From contig LPNZ01009306.1 in the NCBI GenBank assembly GCA_001655205.1, positions 1 to 64,000 on the forward strand: 64,000 bases of DNA, given 5' to 3'. This document shows, piece after piece, positions 23,019 through 33,900 of this stretch. Made by a program: the position numbers and the translations under genes. Position 1 is the first letter of the stretch, and each line of letters begins with the position of its first letter. The notes beneath the pieces were generated by a model. It was given only the letters and a program-made list of their open reading frames with translations, ran no database searches and was not told where the DNA came from. This DNA is from Lenisia limosa. Taxonomy: Eukaryota > Protista > Breviatea.

Positions 23019-24772
23019 CTACTCAGCAACTTTCCAACCATCGTCTACTTCCTTTTGGGAGAGAACCTGCTGTATTAAAAAAAATGTAATTCTCCAGAAC
23101 AAGCAATGAATGCTACAATTATCCATCAAACAAACCGGAGCAACAATTTCGTCACTATGCTGTTTTAAGGCAACCTTCTTCAAATCCTCTTGGAATTGGT
23201 CTCTTAAGTTAGACAGTTCTACAAAGTCATCAACAATACCGAGTACTTCGAAAAAAACTACCATTATCAATCCCCTCAAACGGCTGTCCTCCTTTTGGTT
23301 GACCTGGAATTTGTAGAAGTCGTCAAGATACATGGGGGTGCGTTTCTTCTTCTTCCATCCAAAGCGCTTGGCTCTCTTTTCTTTGTAATCTTCTAAGGTG
23401 AAGGACTTCTAAAATTGATCAGCACAACTAAATAGAAATCTTAGAGGTTATGCGAAAAAAAACTTTGTCCTGTAAACTTTATGCTGTAAACCGTGTGCAA
23501 GTTTCTTTTGGAAAGTTTTCTGCTGGTATTGGAGTTTAGGTTATGCGGATTGTTTCCCCAACTCTGGACCATTTATACACATAATGTTGTTTCTGGATAC
23601 AAGATGAAAATTAATTTTCCGCAAATAAAGACTTGTAAGAAGAGGAGAATAGATATTTTGACAGAGGAAGAACACTTGGAGATGCGGATGTCTTTTCTAA
23701 ATCCCCTTATTGTTTCTTCAACCAGGCATTATTTTGCATGGTTTTTCTAAATTTTTCGTGTGGTCATTTNNNNNNNNNNNNNNNNNNNNNNNNNNNNNNN
23801 NNNNNNNNNNNNNNNNNNNNNNNNNNNNNNNNNNNNNNNNNNNNNNNNNNNNNNNNNNNNNNNNNNATGACATTGTGATTAAAAAAATACTCGAAAAATA
23901 AAAATATAAAAAAAGGGGGCAAGGCCATTTTCAACCAAGCGAACCTTCTTTTTCTTCGCCTCGGCTTGGCTGATTAAACTGTCAATGGCTTCGACATCAG
24001 CTTGGTTTGCTGACACACCTGATGAGTCAATAAAGCCATCTCAAGACTAATACAGTCAAGAAATCCTTGATAGGGAAAGCATCTTACGAACCAAATAGCA
24101 CCCACCCTTGAAAAAACACAATAATTCGTTTCAGGCAATTTCTGAATAACAATAATATTTTTGTATAGCAGTTTAATAATATGCACCCCTGTATGTCCCG
24201 GCTTAGTTTTTCTCCCCAAACTTTCCGACACCGGTCCATCTGTTGGCTTTCTCTTCAGTCGGGCAATCTTGTCTAAAGAGGGTGATGTCACAAGAGGGTG
24301 TGCCTACTCTCTGAGCCAAGATATCTGTCCTTCAAAAGGATAGCATGATTCTGAGCCTTTCCGGTCTTTGCAACATCGATAAGCTGGAACACATCTTGGG
24401 AAGACCTATAAATGACACGGGCATAGCCATTAGCTCCAGTGGTTCCCGCACGCGCCGTCAGTGTTGAGAATGACCCAACTTCAGCGCTGACCACCTGAGT
24501 ATGTTACTACTCCCTTTATCGAAGAATTGTTCATTTTGACAGCCACAATGTAACTGATCTAAACCCCGCTTCCCTCCCCCCACTGATCCAAACTGAGAAA
24601 AGAAGCTCTTCACTCCATTTTCTGGAGTGTAGGGGGGGCAATTGGTAACGAAAAGAGCGCAAAGTGGCGTTCCAGAATCGTTTTTCTTCTTCAAAACCTT
24701 TGATTTGATGTAGAGATAGCGATGAAATGGGGAGTTTGGAGTTGTGAGAGCAAGCTCGATGCTGTCCTCCAT
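23019..24772 (-). CDS. RRP7A: Ribosomal RNA-processing protein 7
   Basis: N-terminal RRM LFVTNCPPY...KSFFSQFGSV; C-terminal KKKKRTPMYLDDFYKFQ...LSNLRDQFQEDLKKV. Middle exons and exact 3' end uncertain (N gap). Confidence 0.82.
23441..23713. mobile_element. Intronic interspersed repeat, copy 1 (MITE-like, in RRP7 intron)
   Basis: Collinear blocks shared with 51571-51824: agaggtWatgcgaaaaaa, gtgcaagttt, aataaagactt, agaagaggagaa, tagatatttt, ttctaaatccccttattgt. Confidence 0.7.
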
Positions 24773-24945
24773 GTTTAGATAAATTTAATATTTATATTTC
24801 TGCAATTTACTAAGGTATATGGGCTAGAAAAAGGGAAAAAAACTTGGAGGGACAATTTCCTCATAATACTATTCCGGCGGCGAGTTATGTCAGTGGAGTT
24901 TTTAATATATTTTTTTCAGCCTTTTTGTGCGCTGATTACGAGTAA

Positions 24946-26232
24946 ATGGTACAAGATAAACCGTCACACTTTTATGTGCTGGCAAATGGTCAGATTGAAG
25001 GAGCAGAGGTGAGTAGTCCTACTGTTTATAACATTTTCCTCACCTTTTCAGTTTGAAGGTGCAGAAAACCTCTTTTGCAAGTTCATATTCACCCATGGAC
25101 CGGATTGGAGCGTCATGCATGTTGGCTAACGGTTTCCATATCTCACCTCTCACCTCTTATTTGTTAGTAAAGTGTTCTCACTGCTTCAGGGAGTTGAACA
25201 GGGGGTCACACAAATTGCTGATCGAATGACGACTGGAGATCCAATATTCACATGGAACTTCCCAATTGATGTTTCTTTCAAAGTGTGGCGATGTATAATC
25301 TTCTTCTCCAACGATGTTTCTAACCATTAGACAACAAACGTATACGGATGGCCACAACTTGTAATGGCAGTGTATGGTGTTGACTCGTTTGGCCATGATG
25401 TAATAAGAGGGTAGGATGGGCTTCAATCAAAGTGTTCAGAAATTCGGCAAGCTACGTTTTATAAACTATATTTTCTTGTTTAAAAAAATAACAAGTTGGC
25501 TCTCTTTTTTCATTCTGTTTAAATAATATTACAAAAGGATCAGAAGTTTATTCTATTTGTTTCCACGAAAATGTGGTCAGGAAGAGAGTAGTCGTGATAA
25601 CAGGAAAACAGACTTTTTAATTTTATGAGATGATGCCCAAATTTTACATTTATATATAATCTTCTCTTTTTTCCTTTTTTGAAGATTATATTACATCAAA
25701 TTATACCTTATGAAAAAGCCAGTGGATTCAGCTAGTGAACATTTCAGTTATGCATCAATGACACTCCCACTTGTTGGCGGGCGATATAAAAGGGAAGTCA
25801 GGTAAGCATTGCGGCTATTCAACGACTATCCCACTCCGTTTTCTATATAATTGATCATGCAGACTCTTTGTTCCAGACAGCTCTTCTCGCCTGCAACGAA
25901 TGATTGGCTGGATGACAGGAATGCGACCGGAGTTCATTGACACCGTGTTTCCTGCAAAGAGCGAAGGCCGAGACGGTGAGTTCATCTTAGATGACAAGAT
26001 CCCTTTGAAGGAGCAAATACTTGATATTCAGAGGGCAAATTGACCGTTTAGTTGTTCGCACACACTCTAACGGTGTGGTGACAGTTACTATTGAGGTTGT
26101 CACGAGGCATATGAAGGACTGCGGATATTCAACGGTTTGTTTCAACAATTTGGAGTACGTATTACCCAACGCTGAATTATCATCTGATTGTTTCAGTCTC
26201 AGGGTGCATCATTGCAAACTCTTCGCATTTAG
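24946..26232 (+). CDS. B9D1: B9 domain-containing protein 1 (ciliary transition zone)
   Basis: NGQIEGAEF...LFCKFIFTHGPDW...TWNFPIDVSFKS...[23 protein letters not shown]...MTGMRPEFID...EGRD...VRTHSNGVVTV matches B9D1 along its length. Confidence 0.92.
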
Positions 26233-26870
26233 GTTCTTTTTTTTTTTGTTGTTGTTGTTTTCACAAGGTAGTCCATCAGGTTCTGTATAGTATTTGTAAG
26301 TTATTATGTAGATTTTTTTTTTGTCGTTATCCATATAACCAAGTTATAAGCACATAGAGTACCATACCGTAAATTTATCTTTCTTCATTTTTTTGCATAC
26401 TGAGGGGGTGATTAATTATTTTTTGTTCAAGCTACTATATATAGTCTTTTTTTATTATATACCCTTCAAAGATGTTTTTGGGTAATATTTTGTTTCACTT
26501 TTTATTTTTGCCTTCAAGAGTTAAGCACTTTTGCCTTTTTAATACATTGTTTGCGTTTTAATTATTTGGTATAGTATACTGGTTTTTACCTACATACTGC
26601 TTTGCTGTTTCCCTCTCTGCCCTTTGAGTTTCAAACTTGGGGTAATAATATTACCTCTTATCCTTTTCTTTCTTTACCAGCCCCTTAAAAATACATCCTA
26701 CATAGTCTATTCTTTTGTAGATATTGGACTGCTGGAATATAACACTGTATTATTTAATATCGTCACTACACAACCAAACTCTAAGAAGTCCAAAGGGGGC
26801 CGGCCATCCTAGAGTGTGAGTGCATATGATTAATTAATCAAGTCATCTTACCTTTTGGAAATTCACCCAG

Positions 26871-27222
26871 CTATCTATCAGCTGCACTTTGTGCGCGAGA
26901 GGCAAAACTTCCAGAAGGAATCTGAGTCAATGAGACAAAAGGTATTCAATTGGTATCACTAACATTTCCTCCTGAGTAGTGAGAAGATTGGGTAGACATA
27001 ATACGTCCCTTGTCGCCTTGAGATACATGGCCGTGACCTCCTACCATATATGAGATACAAGATGACAAGATGCATAAAGTGTGTTTTATTGAGACTGTGG
27101 CCCAGTTACCTCCGCTTTTGGCACCACCACCGCCACTCTTTCTGCCTCCTCCACCTTTACCCCCACTGCCGCTTCCTCCTCTGAAAGAATAAGAAAATTA
27201 GCCTCACCCACCCTTTTCCCAT
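26871..27222 (-). CDS. Gly-rich microprotein (~70 aa) with SMP/LEA-like 'GSFASRAQSAAD' motif
   Basis: Four exons with GT-AG introns give MGKGGGSGSGGKGGGGRKSGGGGAKSGGGHGHVSQGDKGRIMSTQSSHYSGGNIPSGSFASRAQSAADR*; missed by the ORF track. Confidence 0.75.
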
Positions 27223-27611
27223 TGAATTGACTTTGAAAAAAAAAAGCAAAAATCTGTCAATCTGAATTTAGCTACTGCCTCAGAAAATGTAGTTTACTGC
27301 TTTTATAAGCTCATTCTCTGCATTTTCCGTTCTTCTGCATTTTCCGCTTTGTCCGCTTGTCCGTTTTCGATACCATATAAGGCAAGCCACGAGGCTGCCA
27401 CGAGGGCAGTTGGTCGGCTCCTATCTTCCATCTATTAATTATTTATTTATGTCTGTGTGTGTTTATTTTACGAGTGGAGCAGCAGCGGAGAGAATGGAGA
27501 ACTAGGTGGGGGGGTGTCCACTCCAGAGAAAGGAACAAAAACAAAATCCAAAAAAACCGATTCCCCCTTTGCACTTTCCCTCCTCTACCTCCTTTGCACT
27601 CACTCTCCACC

Positions 27612-30520
27612 ATGGCACAAACTGCCGTTGATGTCTCCACCCTTGGTATGCAGTTTTTGTCTGAAGCTGATAAAAGCGATTTTATCTGCAGTATTATGGA
27701 AATTTAACCAATTAAATGGATTAGAAGCAGTTTTGGGGAAGGCTCACATTCTTAGGCAACCCCTCCCCTGTCCTGCATGTCCGTGCTCTCCACGACCACT
27801 GCTCTGAGCAGGTATTTCATGAACCTAAGTACAAAATGCTTTTATACTACTCACCTTCTTTAACACAGGATCCCATTTCCGCCTTCTTAACAAGGAAAAG
27901 GCGTAATTAAACAAAAATTAACGACTACAGGAGCTGCGGGCGGCCTTCTCCCACTTTGGAGCGATCAACCAAGTCCTTGTCCTTACCCACAAACGCCAGG
28001 CCCTGATTGAGATGGCCTCAATCCGCGAGGTAGTCGAGAGAAGGATGTTGCTGGCTTTATTTTATTGGGCCTGGGCTAATAATATGTAGGCTACCAGCGC
28101 CATCACTTTCGGAACCGGAAACCCCATCCAAGTTGGTCCTTCTTTCGCACTCATCAATTACTCACGCTCCACCGAGCTGAACAAAACCAACCGTAGGCGG
28201 CTGGAATATCCTCTGGAGTGGCAACATGTGTGCTTGGGATATCCTCTGGAGTGGCAACATGCTTGGTGTTGCTAAGACATTTAGGTCGTGACCAGCCTGC
28301 GGAGTCTGCCGTCCACAACGGCGAGCACACTGTATTCATGACCATCATGGTATGAACAATACCTTGCGTCCTTTCTTTCTTTCTTTTTTTTTTTTTTTCC
28401 CTTGCTTATTGTCCAGAATCCCCTCTACCCTATCACTGTGGACGTGCTGAATACCATTTTCAGTCCCTTCGGCGCAATCAACAGAATCGTCATTTTCCAC
28501 AAGCAAGGCATTCAGGTGAGAGTGGTGGTACATGGTACCGACCGAGTTGCACCAGAGCTGAATGCGGCGATGGGAAAGGATAGTTTAGTGTTCACCTGTT
28601 AGGCTCTGGTTGAGTTTACCAACGCCAACGCTGCGTTACAGTCACAAACCGCACTCAACGGCAAGGACATCTACGACGGATGCTGCACCCTCAAGATCGA
28701 GTTCTCAAAGGTAAAAAGAAGTTGAGTTGCTTCCGACTTATATGCCTACCAGTGCGTTTTCTGAGAATGATTATGGGGCAAAGCAGCATTAGCCATTTCA
28801 AAATGAAGTAGTAGAGCAAAAAAACGATACAAATCAAAAAGCCTCGTAAATATTGACACACATAGAGCTTAAGGTGAATCTATTTTCAAAAATCAATTTT
28901 TTAGATTGACACCCTCAATGTCCGGTTCAACTCTGAACTTACTCGTGATTTCACAGACCCCAGCCTTCCCACCCAGTCTTCCCAGCGTAAGCTTCCTTCC
29001 TGTCCAGTGTGCTTTTGTTGTTTGTAAATAGTTGGCTGACACATCAGACCCCCCTGCCCAGTTTACCCAACATCAACCTCCCCATCATCAACAGGCTCAA
29101 TTTGGCGGATACCAACAGGTTAGTTTGCCTGCCGGTTTTTGAGTTGCATCTTTCAATTTGCATACTTGCGGATTACCGGGTGTGGGTGTTGTTGTCAACC
29201 CAGTCTATTGAATGATGGAAACAGACCCAGTTTTCATAATTCCAGGCTCCCAACGGCCGCCCCTGCGTAATCATGTACAATTTGCCGACCGACCAGAGAC
29301 CTGAACTTGCTACTGAGCTCTACAACCTCATCACCCTCTATGGTGTCGTACAGAAAATCAAGTTCATCCAGAACAAGGTTTGCTGGGGCTGTTTTATTGC
29401 AGTGTCAAAGTCTGGCGGGTGCTCGTGATGGATTCGGATCAAAACAGAATACTCTGGAAATCCTTGTGAAATATATATATAAATGGGTTCCGTCATTGTC
29501 GGAGAAAAATTGTTTGTTAATAATTCTGTAGCCCGGTACGGCTTTGGTCCAATTCGCTGAACAGTCCATGGCTGACAAGTGCATGGAAATGTTAGACAAC
29601 ACTGTCATTGAAGGCGAAGCTATCCTTGTTCACAAGAGCCGCGTTGGGGGGGGGGGGGNNNNNNNNNNNNNNNNNNNNNNNNNNNNNNNNNNNNNNNNNN
29701 NNNNNNNNNNNNNNNNNNNNNNNNNNNNNNNNNNNNNNNNNNNNNNNNNNNNNNNNGCCCTCAGCACCCTGCTATTTCTCTAATTCACTCAGCACCCTGC
29801 TATTTCTGACTCTCGACCCTCTGAGAACGGTGAAACCTCCTTCTATGATACCGTCAGGTGAGCTGTCCGTCTTTGGGATAGGAAATGCCAACCCCAGGGC
29901 AATGGGAAAACGGAGACAATATAGTACAACACTCACCTTCTCATTCTGTAGCTTCGAGTCATACCGCAACTTCCGTCCCGACTTCAAGAACATGTCCAAG
30001 CCCACAAAGGTAGGAACCGCATTGATTTGCCAACCTAACTCCCAGGTTCTTTTCTTCAACAACACTCCCCCTGACACTGACGAGACTTCCTTCCCGAGCT
30101 ACATGGACGAACTTGACCTCCCTCGGTAAGCCAGGAATCCCGCTATGTTGTTTTAATCTTTATGATTTGACCATCTGACCCCTTCAGCCCGACGCACATC
30201 AAAATGCTGCCCAACAACGACCCATCCAAGACCAACCGTCGTGGTCTTATTGAGTTCGCTGACGTCGAAACCGCCACCAAGGTCTGTTGCCCTCAGGACT
30301 GCTGGCCTTTTTTTTGTTTGTGTCTCCCCCCCCCCCCCCNNNNNNNNNNNNNNNNNNNNNNNNNNNNNNNNNNNNNNNNNNNNNNNNNNNNNNNNNNNNN
30401 NNNNNNNNNNNNNNNNNNNNNNNNNNNNNNNNNATGCGTGCTAATAACGCCCGCGTTGGAGAGCGCAACACCCTTCGCCTCGCCTTCTCACGCCACATCC
30501 TCTCAGAAGAGTCTTCATAA
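27612..30520 (+). CDS. PTB: Polypyrimidine tract-binding protein / hnRNP L family (4 RRMs)
   Basis: PSPVLHVRAL; NPLYPITVDVLNTIFSPFG...QALVEF...LNGKDIYDGCCTLKIEFSK; LYNLITLYGVVQKIKF; SQVLFFNNTPP...GLIEF...LRLAFS. Confidence 0.9.
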
Positions 30521-30963
30521 TCGTTTTTCTTCCAATCGTTTCTGTTTCATGTATTCTATCGAAATATTCAAGAGGTCTGTGACAGTACTGGGTAGCACAA
30601 CTGTTCTCCAATTCTCTTGAGTGAATCTGTGCACGAATAATTAATAAATGATGATATAACTCCAGGTTGACTCCCAGTTGAGATTGCCAGTTGAACAGGA
30701 CAACACACAATAAGAAATCGGAATGTTCTAGAAGAGAATTTAACAAGGATCATCCATTGTTTTTACCTCAAATCTTTTCCCTAAAAACAGCACCAGCCTC
30801 TCTTGTTTTTCTTCATTGCAACATTTAGTTATTCTCTCATTGCACGCAAATAATACGCCGTTTTGACCCTCCCCTCGTGAGTTCTCCACGCCAACCTCTT
30901 CCATGCCAAGGCCAAGACCGTTGTTGTAAAAGCCGGGCTTTGCCATTGTGATCAACTGGCGTG

Positions 30964-33900
30964 ATGAAGTTTGAAGGGACGCTTGCGGCGTATTCGTCTC
31001 CAGAATGGCGTTCAGAGTACATTAATTATCCAAAACTGAACCAGCTCACCAAGGTTGCCCCCCCCCCCNNNNNNNNNNNNNNNNNNNNNNNNNNNNNNNN
31101 NNNNNNNNNNNNNNNNNNNTGCTGCTGTGAAGGGAGATGTCTCTTCTTTGTTTTCCGATGGTATGAAGTGAAGTTGTTTACTTATTCTTTAGAATTAAGT
31201 CCACTGCTCCAAGGCTCTCCCCTTCAACAGGTTTGTTGCTACCCAGAAAAAACAGATAGAAAAGATAAAAAGGGTTTATTTGATTACTATTTATGTATTC
31301 GAAATTCACCCTCTCCAGATTTACGATGTGTCTGAAGAGTTTCGAGTGAGCTGTGAGTCTGAGCTTTTCAAGGTTGACTCCTTTTTCCATTTCAAAAGTA
31401 GGCCTTTAAGGCATTCATCATTCATTATTATGTACTTCTCTCGCGTCGATTATGACTGCTTTGTTTGTAACCATTCAAGTTACAAACTTCCTCAAACGGC
31501 AGGAAGTCCTCTTCCACCAACTGGAGAGACTGCAGCAAAAAGAGGAGTGAGAATTGGATCGCTGGCATAACCCCTTCAGAGCAGCGGAATTGAACGCTTG
31601 GGAATTCAACAAGAAATGGAGGAAGTTACGAAAGGCTTTTATTGAACAATACCGAGGAATGGATTTGCTGATGAATTTTGCTACTATGAACCGTGGGTTT
31701 CTTACATCTTGTTTAACAGATTAACTTTATTCAGAATTAGGTTTTGTCAAAATGGTCAAAAAATACTCCAAATTTCTTTCCCATGCACCAGTGGTGTACC
31801 CTGAAATTGCAGAAAACCGTGTACCATCCCTTAATATCACATGCGAACCCGCAGTATGCTTATATTGTAATTCACCCACCCATCTTTGTTATGGTTCGAC
31901 AAATAGACAAGACAACGTGACCAATCATCTACATTTGCATGTGCACCTAACCCCCCCCCTCCGCAGCAGCTCTCACTTCCGAAGGACCGTGACCCTTGGG
32001 TGGAGGCGTTTAGTGACCTTCTCAGAGCCTCGCACGTCTTTTCAACTTACAGTCTTGAGGAAGCTCTCTCAGGAGCAGAAGTGGGTGCCATGATCCGACA
32101 ATTTATTATTACATACGAACCATGGGTAAAAATGTTGTATGTAAAGGATCAGATGAATTTTTCGCTAAACATAGGATATTATATAAAGTTGTAATTATTT
32201 GGACGCGTTACCAAATAGGACGTTATCAATGGCTACTTTGGTGTTGATGAGAAGTTTCGAACGCACCAGCGCAACAGCAAATTCATCCCCCAAAACTCGA
32301 CACTATTCGGCAGTAAGGGCACCGTGCTGCTGACATTGTAGTTATCTGGGTGTTGCTGGTCCTTTCTCTGTTCTTCCTCGTCTTCAACGATTGGTCTCAC
32401 CAGGAATTCCAAGAGAATATGGTAGCCGAGGGTATTGTTTTTAAGATAATTGTGATCATCCAAGCAATGCTATAACCAAGTAGCGATACCATGAGGCCGT
32501 CTATAGGTCATTCCGACCGCTCTTCCTTGGACAGACAATGTTCTTACTTTACGCCCTCAATGTAAGACCCAATATCCAGTGTTCATATTACGTTTCAGGG
32601 CCTGATTTGGACCTCAAAAAAAGTCAACTTTGTATTTATCTTCCAAGTGAGTATATTTACCCTCAGTCAATGGTAACCACCGCAGTTCAACCCTAGAGAC
32701 TACCTTACTCCATACCACATTCTTGAACTTGGCTGTGCAATGATTTCTTTGACTCTTGCCACAATCTATCTTTATCAAAGTGTTATTATTGGACGGATAA
32801 ATCCTCGTGAGTTACCCGAATAACGTAACATTGTAGCTTTTGGTTTCGAACCAACCACATACCCTCTACTTCTCATTGCTCTTCATTTTATTCTTCTTAT
32901 TTTGCCACTCCCAATCCTCCACCACCGCTCCCGCCTTTGGATTATCAAAATTATCACACGGATTGCAATGGCTCCTTTCAGACGGGTGCGTTTCCAGGTT
33001 TGCCGACTTCGGAGCCCTTTTGTTATCTCACACCTTAGGACTTTTGGGTAGCTGATCTCCTCACGTCCTTAACCCAAGCATTTGTTGACATGTTTTTCAT
33101 GACCTGTTTTGCTACCAGTGGACTCTACGCTTCAAATAAGGAGGAATTCCGTAAGCTGTGTGATTCTCTATCACGCCTCCAGCCCAACACAGTGTCTGCA
33201 GCACAAGCCCGAGTAGTTGGCCCTTAGTCCTTATCGGCGGTATGCGTTGCCTTTTTCTTGAGAAATTATGTTGCTGGTGATATCTCTCAAAATAAAGAGT
33301 TACCTTTTCTTCTTCCACGTGTCACATGATAGCTCTTCCCTACATCTGGCGATTCCTCCAATGTCTCAGAAGATATCACGATTCTAAAAAGGTCTGCATT
33401 ATCGTTGCCAATTACTGTATAGGCCTTCCCCCACCTTGTGAATGCGCTGAAATACTCTTCTGGAATTCTTGCTGCCATTTGCACTGCCGGTACGTTGCTG
33501 GAACCCTGGCCACTTTTATTTCGTCCAATGACTGTTGTAGCCTACGCAGCCAACGCAACTCCGGATGGCGATTGGTGGGGGGGGGGGTGCTCCTCCAAGA
33601 GAAGTTGGTTGCAGCAACTGACAATGTCGTAGGGATCGATACCGAGTTGCTTTCCTGCTGTCCAGTATTGTCAAAAGCGCTTTCGTCTACTCCTGGGATA
33701 TCTACATGGATTGGGGTCTTTTCTCAAGGTCAGGCCTTTGTTTATTGACAGACACAGACGACCCAGCCAGTCGCAGTTCGTGTTCTCCGCAAAGTCCATT
33801 TACGTCATCGCATGTTTCACGTTGGCTTCGTCCCTTTTACTTCTTCCAAATGACCATTTAGGAACTTGTTCCTGCGACTGACCTGGCTTGTTGGTATGGC

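Noticed and set aside
23019-23070. DDGWKV motif at the RRP7 C-terminus suggesting a relocated DEDGW motif
   Set aside because: The canonical position may be hidden in the N gap at 23770-23867, so relocation cannot be shown.
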